NCBI GenBank assembly: GCA_902628635.1
Contig: CACONQ010000004.1
Span: 48,082 to 112,081, forward strand
DNA: 64,000 nt
Direction of reading: 5' to 3'
Source: an uncultured Pelagibacteraceae bacterium
Lineage (GTDB): Bacteria > Pseudomonadota > Alphaproteobacteria > Pelagibacterales > Pelagibacteraceae
Shown: in pieces, positions 29,040 to 37,746 of the stretch
Numbering within the stretch: position 1 is the stretch's first letter
Layout of the letters: every line of letters begins with the position of its first letter
The notes under the pieces: model-generated
The model's database searches: none
The model's input: the letters and a program-made list of their open reading frames with translations, nothing else
What the model was told of the DNA's origin: nothing
Translations under genes and position numbers: made by a program

Positions 29040-31334
29040 ATGAAATTTTTGAGAAAAGCTATAATAATTTTAATATTTTTATTTCCAAGTTTAAATGTTC
29101 TTGCAAACGTCACTCATATTGATGATCAAACTTTTCGAGATGGTGGTTCTGGATCTGGGACTTTAAATGGTATAGAGTTTAATTCTAATGGAACAAAAAT
29201 GTTCACAATTTATTCGGGTGCTTCTGGCAACGATAACGATATTGACTTTATAAATGAGTACGATCTTTCAACACCGTTTGATATTTCTACACACACTTAT
29301 AGAGGTGATAGTGAGCGATGTAATTTAGCTAATGGTTATGATTCTGGATCGCATCAGATACCAGACAATGCAGGGGATATGTCTTTCAGTAGCAATGGTA
29401 TGCACATATTTGTTATTAATAGAGGTACAAATGGTAAAAATGACGATGCTTTGTACAGATACGATTTAACTAAACCTTATGATGTTTCAACTTGTACATT
29501 GGCTCAAGAAATAGATCCTGATCAAAGTGGAGTAGAGATTAATGGTTGGAGATCTGGATCCATTGATACTAATTCTCCAAGACATCATGCACAAGGTGTA
29601 GCTATTAGTCCTGATGGAACAAAAATATTTATAAGCTTTAACGGTACCGGTGGTGGAGCTGCAAGCGATAAAGCTGGTATCAGAGAATATAGTCTTTCAA
29701 CGCCTTATGATATAAGCACTCTTACCCATGTTGATACTGCAGGGATTCTTCTTCCAAATGCTTTACCTTCAGCTAATCCTGACGCTCTTTCTTTAAGTGC
29801 AGATGGAAAAAGAATATTTATAGTTTATCATGGTTCAAATACTAGTAATGCAACAGTTGAACAATATTCATTGTCATCACCATATGATACGACTGACTTT
29901 AACTTAGATGGAGCACTAAATGTAAATGATTTAGTTTCAGATAAATCTCTCACACAAGGAAGATCAATTGCATTTAGTGCTAAAGGTTTTAAAATGTTTG
30001 TATCCGATGATCACAGTCAAGATGGTTCAATAACAGAAGCAATCTATGAGTTTAATTTAGCGTGTCCTTTTAATCTTTTTGGAGGAACATGTGCTTCGAT
30101 AGCAGAAGATAACGATAGAATGGGAATGGCAGAGGCCCAAATAGAGCTTGCGAATAGAACAGTGAAACTATCAACAAACTCAGCGTTGAACAGACTGAAA
30201 TGGATTAGAAGAAATAAAGATAAACAAAATTTATCAAATCAAAATATTAAATTAAATTTTTCAAATAATTTACTCTCATCTTTAAAAGAATTACCAATTT
30301 CATCTTTTAAAAAAATATCATCATCAGAAAACAGTAATAATAATAAAAATTATTTCTACTGGAGCGAGGGAAGTATTTCTCTTGGAAGAGTTGAAGAAAC
30401 AAGTCTTTCATCAATGAAAAAAGCAAAAACAGAAGCCTTAACTTTTGGTTTTGATAAATTTACAGATGATTATAGTCTTAAAGGATTTGCTTTTAGATTT
30501 GGAGATGACAATGTTGATGTTGGAAATTCTGGAAGTAGGTTAGAATCTGACACTTATAACATTACATATTACAGCACATCACCAGTTCAAGATGAAACAA
30601 AATTGATTGATAAAATTTTTGGAATTGGAAAAATTAGATCCAATTTACTTACTATTGTAGATGGAGAAAGAATAACTGCTGATAGAACGGGAAATCAAAT
30701 TTATGGAACAGTAAAACTTAAGGATGAATTTATAAAAGGTAAATTAACTCTTATTCCTTCTGGTCAGTTCGATTTTGCGCATACAATTTTAAAAGGTTAT
30801 CAAGAGTCTGGCAATGCAGGTATAATTGTTAACGATCAACATGTTAGAACAAGAAATATTAGAGCAGCTATTGCAGCAGTTGAAGATTTATCTAAAAAAA
30901 ACTATTCCTTTAAAAGGCATGGAAAAATAGAGTATATAGCTGAATTAGATCGCTCATCAAACTTTAAATATACATATGTTAATGATAAAAGTGTAAAATT
31001 TAACGATACATTACACACAGGAGCATTACATAATTTAAATGCTGAAGTTGGTGTAGATATAATCTTTCCAGAGCACTATAGTATTTTTATAATTTACGAA
31101 AGAAACCAAGCGTTTGAAACAGGACATACTGATAACCTATATGTGGCTTTAGGGTATCTACCTCATAAAGATACTGAAATTGCATTTACTATAAATGGAT
31201 CTGAAAACTTAATGTCAGAATTTGAAATTAAAAAAGATATTAATGGCTTTGATTTAATTTTTAATTTAAATGATGATTTAACTCGATTTGGTGATGCGAG
31301 AGAGGCTTATATTGAACTAAATAAAGTCTTTTAA
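29040..31334 (+). CDS. Autotransporter-like outer membrane protein with beta-propeller repeat passenger (paralog B)
   Basis: Same architecture: signal peptide, FNSNGTKMF...YDLSTPFDIS repeats, RLKWIRRN, YFYWSEG barrel, terminal Phe. Confidence 0.8.
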   Translation: MKFLRKAIIILIFLFPSLNVLANVTHIDDQTFRDGGSGSGTLNGIEFNSNGTKMFTIYSGASGNDNDIDFINEYDLSTPFDISTHTYRGDSERCNLANGYDSGSHQIPDNAGDMSFSSNGMHIFVINRGTNGKNDDALYRYDLTKPYDVSTCTLAQEIDPDQSGVEINGWRSGSIDTNSPRHHAQGVAISPDGTKIFISFNGTGGGAASDKAGIREYSLSTPYDISTLTHVDTAGILLPNALPSANPDALSLSADGKRIFIVYHGSNTSNATVEQYSLSSPYDTTDFNLDGALNVNDLVSDKSLTQGRSIAFSAKGFKMFVSDDHSQDGSITEAIYEFNLACPFNLFGGTCASIAEDNDRMGMAEAQIELANRTVKLSTNSALNRLKWIRRNKDKQNLSNQNIKLNFSNNLLSSLKELPISSFKKISSSENSNNNKNYFYWSEGSISLGRVEETSLSSMKKAKTEALTFGFDKFTDDYSLKGFAFRFGDDNVDVGNSGSRLESDTYNITYYSTSPVQDETKLIDKIFGIGKIRSNLLTIVDGERITADRTGNQIYGTVKLKDEFIKGKLTLIPSGQFDFAHTILKGYQESGNAGIIVNDQHVRTRNIRAAIAAVEDLSKKNYSFKRHGKIEYIAELDRSSNFKYTYVNDKSVKFNDTLHTGALHNLNAEVGVDIIFPEHYSIFIIYERNQAFETGHTDNLYVALGYLPHKDTEIAFTINGSENLMSEFEIKKDINGFDLIFNLNDDLTRFGDAREAYIELNKVF

Positions 31335-31377
31335 TTTAAGTAATTAAGAATAAGATAATTTAAAGGAGTATCTATTA

Positions 31378-31752
31378 ATGAGTTATAAATGGGACAATAA
31401 AAAACCAACTGCACAAATGTTAGGACGTTGGCAACCATTTCATGATGGTCACTACGCACTGTTTAAAGAAATCATTAAAAAGACCGGCCAAGTTTGTATT
31501 CAGATTAGAGATGTACAGGGAGTGGATGATAATCCTTTTGACTTTGACACTGTTAAAAAAAAAATAGAGGAAAGATTAAATCCTGAATTTGAGGGTAGAT
31601 TTAAGGTGATGTTAGTTCCTAATATAACTAATATTTGTTATGGAAGAGGAGTTGGTTATAAAATTGAGGAAATAGTTCTACCTGAGGAAATCCAAAAAAT
31701 TTCAGCAACAAAAATAAGAGCCAAAATGAGAGAAGAGGGTGATTTAAAGTGA
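31378..31752 (+). CDS. Small HxGH nucleotidyltransferase (cytidylyltransferase-like)
   Basis: LGRWQPFHDGH and ISATKIR motifs; RBS AAGGAG. Confidence 0.82.
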   Translation: MSYKWDNKKPTAQMLGRWQPFHDGHYALFKEIIKKTGQVCIQIRDVQGVDDNPFDFDTVKKKIEERLNPEFEGRFKVMLVPNITNICYGRGVGYKIEEIVLPEEIQKISATKIRAKMREEGDLK

Positions 31753-32600
31753 ATGAAAGACTAAAATCAATAGTTGATTTAGAAAAATACCCAATTCATG
31801 ATTTAACATCATCAAAAATTCAAAAAATAATTACAAGATGTAAAGCTGAACTTGCTCAAGATAGTTGTTCTACAATACCAAATTTTATTTTACCAAATTC
31901 ACTTAAAACAATGAACTTGGAGTTGGAAAAACAACTCAACGAAGTTTATATGTCTAAAGAAAGTATAAATGCGTATTTATATGCAAAGGATGATCCAAGT
32001 CTAGAAAAGGATCATCCAAAAAGAAAGTTTATGAAAAGATATAATGGATATTTAAATTCAAATTGTTTTTCAAAAAATTCTGAAATGAAGTTTCTTTATG
32101 AAACAGATGAGCTCTTAAACTTTGTATCAGCTTGTCTAGATGTCTCTCCAATCTATAGATGGGCAGATCCTTTAGCATGTCATGCCTATAATGTGATGAA
32201 ACCAGAGGGTATTCTACCATGGCACTTTGATAGTTGTGAATTTACTTTAAGTTTGATGATACAAAAACCTGAGCAAGGAGGTATTTTTGAATACTGTCCT
32301 AATATAAGAGAGCCAGGGAACGAAAATTTTGAAGAAGTTAAAAAGGTTTTAAATGGAGATAGAACAAGGGTAAAAAAATTAAAATTAGAGCCAGGCGACC
32401 TTCAAATTTTTAAAGGTAGATTTACTTTACACAGAGTTACAAAAATTGTGGGAAATAAATCTAGATATATGTGTATACCTGCTTATGTTTTAGATCCACA
32501 TAGAGTTAATACTCCTGAGCATTCAAAAGCAATTTACGGTAAAGTTTTGCCAATTCATTTAGAGAGAAATAAAGCAAGATCAGATGGTTTAGCTGATTAA
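31749..32600 (+). CDS. Fe(II)/2-oxoglutarate oxygenase, BesD/ArpA-like fold, hydroxylase-type triad
   Basis: LPWHFD...GGIFEY...LEPGDLQIFKGRFTLHRVT...R; GTG start overlaps the upstream stop. Confidence 0.78.
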   Translation: MNERLKSIVDLEKYPIHDLTSSKIQKIITRCKAELAQDSCSTIPNFILPNSLKTMNLELEKQLNEVYMSKESINAYLYAKDDPSLEKDHPKRKFMKRYNGYLNSNCFSKNSEMKFLYETDELLNFVSACLDVSPIYRWADPLACHAYNVMKPEGILPWHFDSCEFTLSLMIQKPEQGGIFEYCPNIREPGNENFEEVKKVLNGDRTRVKKLKLEPGDLQIFKGRFTLHRVTKIVGNKSRYMCIPAYVLDPHRVNTPEHSKAIYGKVLPIHLERNKARSDGLAD

Positions 32601-32602
32601 AA

Positions 32603-32950
32603 ATGAATGTATTACAGTGTCATTGTAAGAAAATCAAAATAGAAATTAAATCTAAAAATGTAATGAGTGATTTTACAAGGTGTAATTGTTCACTTTGTAT
32701 TAAAAGAGGATCGATTATGGGAGTAATTTATCTAGAGGAACTAACTATTTTAGAGGGAAAAAATTACTTAACTCTTTATAAGTTCGGAAAAAATCAAGCT
32801 AAACATTATTTCTGTTCGATATGTGGGATTTATACGCACCATAGATCTTTTACTAGTCCTAATAAATATTGTATTAACTTAGGTTGCATAGATAAAATTA
32901 ATTACTTTGAGTTAAATCAGGTTCCAATATTTGATGGTAAAAAAATTTAA
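32603..32950 (+). CDS. GFA/CENP-V family zinc protein
   Basis: CHC...CNCSLC...HYFCSICG. Confidence 0.88.
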   Translation: MNVLQCHCKKIKIEIKSKNVMSDFTRCNCSLCIKRGSIMGVIYLEELTILEGKNYLTLYKFGKNQAKHYFCSICGIYTHHRSFTSPNKYCINLGCIDKINYFELNQVPIFDGKKI

Positions 32951-33736
32951 ATGAAAAAACATACAACTGTAAAAATAAAAAAAATTAATAGTGGCATAAG
33001 TCTTGTTTCTATTAACGATCCAAAAACTTATAACTCTTTATCATTTAAAACGTTAAGCTCGCTAATTTCTGTATTTAAAGAGCTTGATAAAGATAATTCT
33101 ACAAAAGTGATCATCATAGAAGGCGTAGGCAAGGGTTTTAGTGCTGGTCATAATTTAAAAGAAGTAAAGGGACTAAAAAAAAGAGGTAAATATTTAAAAT
33201 TATTTAATCTTTGTTCAAAATTAATGCTGCAAATAGTTGAAGGAAAAAAACCAGTTATTGCAAAAGTTCATGGAGCTGCATTTGCTGCAGGATGTCAACT
33301 AGTAGCTAGTTGTGATTTAGCTTACAGCACAAAGGATGCAATTTTTGCAACACCTGGTGTAAACATTGGACTATTTTGTAGTACACCTATGGTTGCTGTA
33401 AGTAGAAAAGTAAATAGAAAAGTAATGATGAAAATGCTTTTGACAGGAGAGCCAATAAAAGCAAATTACGCAAAAGAGATTGGATTAATTAATGACTTTT
33501 TTCCTAGAAATAAACTTAACAAAGAAATTTTAAAAATTGCAAAAAAAATAGCTTCAAAGTCAAATTTAACAATTAAAATTGGAAAAAGAGCTTTTTACAA
33601 ACAATTAGAAATGCCTTTAGCTAAAGCTTACGCTTACACTAGCAAAATGATGACATTAAACATGATGGCTAGTGATGCAAAAGAAGGAATATCAGCATTT
33701 ATCGAAAAAAGGAAACCAAATTGGAAGAATAAGTAA
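32951..33736 (+). CDS. Enoyl-CoA hydratase/crotonase family (ECHDC3-like)
   Basis: FSAGHNLKE, AAGCQLVASCDLA, TPGVNIGLFCSTP, EGISAFIEKRKP. Confidence 0.9.
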   Translation: MKKHTTVKIKKINSGISLVSINDPKTYNSLSFKTLSSLISVFKELDKDNSTKVIIIEGVGKGFSAGHNLKEVKGLKKRGKYLKLFNLCSKLMLQIVEGKKPVIAKVHGAAFAAGCQLVASCDLAYSTKDAIFATPGVNIGLFCSTPMVAVSRKVNRKVMMKMLLTGEPIKANYAKEIGLINDFFPRNKLNKEILKIAKKIASKSNLTIKIGKRAFYKQLEMPLAKAYAYTSKMMTLNMMASDAKEGISAFIEKRKPNWKNK

Positions 33737-33738
33737 AA

Positions 33739-34200
33739 ATGGAAAATATTGAGACAGTTTTAAAAAATTCACAAACTATTGCAATGATTGGCGTAAGCTC
33801 ATTAAAAAAAAAAGAGGATCCAAAAAATATTAAAAGAAAACCCTCAACAATTGTCATGAAATATATGCAAGATTTTGGTTATAAAGTGATACCGGTAAAT
33901 CCTTTTGCAAAAGATGAAATTATTCATGGGGAAAAAGTTTTTGCTGAATTAAAAGACATTAAAATTAAAATCGATATTGTAGATATTTTCCGTCCTTCAA
34001 AAGAAACACCTGAAATCGCAAAGCAAGCAGTAGACATAGGTGCAAGAACACTTTGGTTGCAATATGGGATTGCAAATGATGAAGCAAAAAAAATAGCTTC
34101 AGAAAATAGCATGAATTATTTTGAAAATTTATGTATTAAGCAAGAATATCAAAAAATCTTTGAAAAGATGAATCCAGTATTCCCAGTTCTAAAGAAGTAA
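33739..34200 (+). CDS. CoA-binding protein (YccU-like)
   Basis: TIAMIGVS, IPVNP, DIVDIFRPS, LWLQYGI. Confidence 0.88.
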   Translation: MENIETVLKNSQTIAMIGVSSLKKKEDPKNIKRKPSTIVMKYMQDFGYKVIPVNPFAKDEIIHGEKVFAELKDIKIKIDIVDIFRPSKETPEIAKQAVDIGARTLWLQYGIANDEAKKIASENSMNYFENLCIKQEYQKIFEKMNPVFPVLKK

Positions 34201-34209
34201 ATTTATAAA

Positions 34210-34788
34210 ATGTTTAAAAAAGTTTTAGTATTTATACTTACTATATTTGTTTTTACTCACGTCCATAGCCAAGAAGTAGACAAAGCATATTTTGGCGGTG
34301 GTTGTTTTTGGTGTATGGAGGAGTCTTTTGAGAAAGTTAATGGTGTGATTGAAGTTATATCTGGCTACTCAGGAGGAACAAAACCAAATCCAACTTATAA
34401 AGAGGTCACCTACGGAAATACTGGTCATTTTGAAGTTGTAGAAATTGTTTATGATAAAACAGTGATTAATTTTGAGAGAATACTTGAAATATTTTGGAAA
34501 AATATAGATCCTTTTGATTCTCAAGGCCAGTTTTGCGATAAAGGATATAGTTATAGATCTGTTGCATTTTATAGGACCGAACAGCAAAGGCAACAAATAG
34601 CAAAAAGTATTAAAAAGATTGAGCGGGATTTTAATGAGAAAGTAGTTACATATGTTAGGAAATTTGAAAAATTTTATATCGCAGAAGAAAATCATCAAAA
34701 TTATTACCAAGATTACTTTGTAAATTATTTGTTGTATAAGAAGGGGTGTGGTAGAGAAAAAAGGTTAAAAAATATTTGGTCTCAATGA
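34210..34788 (+). CDS. msrA: Peptide-methionine (S)-S-oxide reductase, exported
   Basis: GGGCFWCME, GYSGG, PTYKEV, AEENHQNYY; signal peptide. Confidence 0.93.
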   Translation: MFKKVLVFILTIFVFTHVHSQEVDKAYFGGGCFWCMEESFEKVNGVIEVISGYSGGTKPNPTYKEVTYGNTGHFEVVEIVYDKTVINFERILEIFWKNIDPFDSQGQFCDKGYSYRSVAFYRTEQQRQQIAKSIKKIERDFNEKVVTYVRKFEKFYIAEENHQNYYQDYFVNYLLYKKGCGREKRLKNIWSQ

Positions 34789-35354
34789 AAAAAATATTTT
34801 TAGTATATAGTCATTATGATGAAAAATCATTCAATGCAGCAATTAGAGATACTTTTGTCTCGTCTTTAAAAGAACTGGGTCATACTGTTGATTATGTTGA
34901 TCTTTATAAAGAAAAATTTGACCCAGTTTTTGCAGGAGAAAAACCCGATAGCATTGTTTTAGACCATAGAGATAGAATTGAAAAAAGTGATATTATTGCA
35001 ATGATTGCACCGATTTGGAATTTTAGATTACCAGCAATAGCAGAAGGCTGGATAGATAAAGTTTTAGCTCCGCCTTGGGCTTTTAGATTTAAAAGGTTAG
35101 TTGGAAATTATGGATACCCAATAGGAAACTTAAAAGGAAAAAAAGCTATAATTTTTTGTACTTATGGCTCACCACAATTTGCAATAAGAACTTTTTTTTT
35201 AAATATGCCAACAAAAAGATTAAAAAGAGGTGTATTTAATTTGTGTGGAATTAACGATATTACTTATAAAAGATTTTTTTCTGTTCCATTTGTGACTGGT
35301 GAAAAAAGAAAAAAATTTCTTAAAGTAGTTTCTGAGACTGCAAAAAAAATTTAG
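34785..35354 (+). CDS. Flavodoxin-like NAD(P)H:quinone oxidoreductase (KefF/MdaB family)
   Basis: SFNAAI, DLYKEKFDPV, PIWNFRLPAIAEGWIDKV; ATG 34785 overlaps the msrA stop. Confidence 0.85.
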   Translation: MKKIFLVYSHYDEKSFNAAIRDTFVSSLKELGHTVDYVDLYKEKFDPVFAGEKPDSIVLDHRDRIEKSDIIAMIAPIWNFRLPAIAEGWIDKVLAPPWAFRFKRLVGNYGYPIGNLKGKKAIIFCTYGSPQFAIRTFFLNMPTKRLKRGVFNLCGINDITYKRFFSVPFVTGEKRKKFLKVVSETAKKI

Positions 35355-35356
35355 TA

Positions 35357-36325
35357 TTACCTTTGGTACTCGACAAACTTTTTTAATGATCTATTCAAAA
35401 ATTTCTCAAAGTGTATGCCTGAATTTCTGTTTAAATTCTTTGTGAAAAAGGTTTTATTCATTTTAAAATCATAAGAAGGTTCAAAGAAAAATGGGATAGA
35501 CATTCTTTTAGTCTTATTCCATAGAACTCTATGATTTGTTGCTTTAAACATACCTTTACTTAGAAATTCTAATGCAAGTCCAGTATTTACGATTAGAGCA
35601 TTTTTATTAAATGGTACATCATACCATTTTTTTGAATGTCTATTCTGAACTTGTAAACCACCTTTTTTATCTTGATATAATATTGTAAAGATTCCACTAT
35701 CAACGTGAGTTTCGCATCCTAAAGCAACTCCATCCTGTTTTGATATCTCGACTGGTTTTGACTGTTTTGGATAATAATTAAATCTTAAAGTGCTTAATGT
35801 TTTTTGTCTTTTAAACGCAAATTTTGATCTACTAATGTCTAAATTATAAATTTTAATAATACTTTTAAATAAAGTTTCACCTAAAATAAAAATTTTGTCA
35901 TAATACTTACTTAATATTTTTATCGAACTTTTGCTAAGAGACTTCTCCAAATTTAAATATTCAATGTATTGATTATTTAATTGTTTTGCATATTTTTCAG
36001 TAATCTTCAAATCACCAATATCGAGACCTTCTTTTCCATTAACATCATTAGGAAAATATCCCCTATAAGAATTTTTATTAATCTTGTTCCATTTTTTTGG
36101 TGCTAATTTCATTTTATTTATTTTAGAAGATTTAAAAAAAGCATTTCCCACACTGGTGATATTTTTAATATCCTTTTTTGATATTCCATGACCAACTATT
36201 TGAAAAAATCCTATATCAATTGACGCTTTTTTAATTTTTTTTAAAGTTTCAAAACTTTTTTTTTTATCAAATCCATTTTCTAAAAGGGATGAAATATTTA
36301 TTGTTGGGATATAATTTTTTCTCAT
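35357..36325 (-). CDS. Isopenicillin N synthase-family Fe(II)/2OG oxygenase
   Basis: GFFQIVGHGI, LRFNYYP, HVDSGIFTILYQD, GGLQV, ATNHRV, RMSIPFF. Confidence 0.9.
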   Translation of the reverse strand: MRKNYIPTINISSLLENGFDKKKSFETLKKIKKASIDIGFFQIVGHGISKKDIKNITSVGNAFFKSSKINKMKLAPKKWNKINKNSYRGYFPNDVNGKEGLDIGDLKITEKYAKQLNNQYIEYLNLEKSLSKSSIKILSKYYDKIFILGETLFKSIIKIYNLDISRSKFAFKRQKTLSTLRFNYYPKQSKPVEISKQDGVALGCETHVDSGIFTILYQDKKGGLQVQNRHSKKWYDVPFNKNALIVNTGLALEFLSKGMFKATNHRVLWNKTKRMSIPFFFEPSYDFKMNKTFFTKNLNRNSGIHFEKFLNRSLKKFVEYQR

Positions 36326-37278
36326 CTTCTTACAGGTGTTTCTGTTGCAATATACTGATCTCTAACTTTTTCTCTAAAATAAATATAAACACCAGCTCCT
36401 ATTATACACGCAACCCCTAAAAAAGTTCTCTCAGAGGGTATTTCATTAAATAATAAATAGCCTGGTATCATAGACATTATAATTAATGAGTATTCAAATA
36501 AAGAAACAACTGATGGAGAGGCAACTATATAGGCTGAAAAAATACAGATAAAAGCTATTGATGCCGCCACTCCAAAGAAAAGAATAAATTTCCATGTATA
36601 GTTAAAATTTAAAAACCATTCTCTAAAAATGAATTGCATTGTAGGATCATAGCTAGGGCTATTCAATTGTCCTTTACCCATAATAAAATATATTACTATT
36701 AAGAGCGATATTGAAATTAAATAAAAATAAAATAATTGAGTATAAACATTATCTTTATTAGAGGTATACTTCGTTATCACCATTGATGATGCATAAAAAA
36801 AAGCACTTACAACAGGTAATAAATTTTTATATTCAAAATCAGTGAAGTTTGGATTTAAAACTATGTAAACACCAATAAAACCAAATATTATTGCAGACCA
36901 TCGTCTAATACCAATAAATTCTTTTAAAAAAAATTTTGCAAAAATAGATACAAAAAACGGACTAGAAAAAAACAATGCATTTGCAGTTGCTAGTGGCATA
37001 AATGTTAATGATATAAAGAAAGCAGTAAACGCTAAAAAGTGTAAAGATACTCTTAATATTGTGAGTAACGGATAGTGTGTTTTGAAATTAACTTTTTTAT
37101 TAGTAACAATTATGAAGCAAAATAATATAAACGCCGCAATAACATATCTACCAAAAAAAATTTCATACAATGATGATTGTTCAAAAACAAATTTAATTAA
37201 TGCATCTTGCATCGCAAATAAGGACATTGCAATTATTACTAGCACTATACCTTTTGGATTATTATTTTGGACAACCAT
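36322..37278 (-). CDS. DMT/EamA family transporter
   Basis: About ten TM helices, KEFIGIRRW, SLFEYS...LFNEIP. Confidence 0.88.
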   Translation of the reverse strand: MVVQNNNPKGIVLVIIAMSLFAMQDALIKFVFEQSSLYEIFFGRYVIAAFILFCFIIVTNKKVNFKTHYPLLTILRVSLHFLAFTAFFISLTFMPLATANALFFSSPFFVSIFAKFFLKEFIGIRRWSAIIFGFIGVYIVLNPNFTDFEYKNLLPVVSAFFYASSMVITKYTSNKDNVYTQLFYFYLISISLLIVIYFIMGKGQLNSPSYDPTMQFIFREWFLNFNYTWKFILFFGVAASIAFICIFSAYIVASPSVVSLFEYSLIIMSMIPGYLLFNEIPSERTFLGVACIIGAGVYIYFREKVRDQYIATETPVRR

Positions 37279-37329
37279 TAATTAGATTACCACTTTTTTA
37301 TTTTAAAAAATATATTTTTATGAGATGAT

Positions 37330-37746
37330 ATGCTTATGTCTGAAAAAATTTTTGTTACAAAAACTGGGAGTTGCATATGTGGTAATATAAAATTTACTGT
37401 AAAACTTGATGAAGTACCAAGGGTTTTTAATTGTCATTGTGTAGACTGTCGAAAAAAAATAGGAGGAATGATAACAATCATTGAATTAAGAGAAAATGCA
37501 ATTAATTTAAATTATGAGAATTTATCAATTTATGAGCATGGAGGCGGTAGTCAAAAAAGTATTAAAAAACATTTTTGTAAAAATTGTGCAGCACCAATTT
37601 TAACTTACGTTCAAAAATGGAATAAATACTACCTTTATGCAGGTCTTCTCGATGACATTAGTATTCTAAAAAAAGCAATAAACATTTTTTACAAAGACTC
37701 ACATTTTCCTTTTATGGAAATTGAAAAAAATAATCTAAAGACTTAA
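37330..37746 (+). CDS. GFA/CENP-V family zinc protein (second copy)
   Basis: GSCICG...CHCVDCRK...HFCKNC. Confidence 0.85.
   Translation: MLMSEKIFVTKTGSCICGNIKFTVKLDEVPRVFNCHCVDCRKKIGGMITIIELRENAINLNYENLSIYEHGGGSQKSIKKHFCKNCAAPILTYVQKWNKYYLYAGLLDDISILKKAINIFYKDSHFPFMEIEKNNLKT

Noticed and set aside
26382-31752. Prophage remnant (kinase, NTase and propeller repeats have phage-like relatives)
   Set aside because: No integrase, terminase, capsid or att-like repeats seen; genes are coupled into a metabolic operon.
31749-32600. Possible BesD-type radical halogenase
   Set aside because: The facial triad is H-x-D (HFD); halogenases have Gly or Ala at the carboxylate position.
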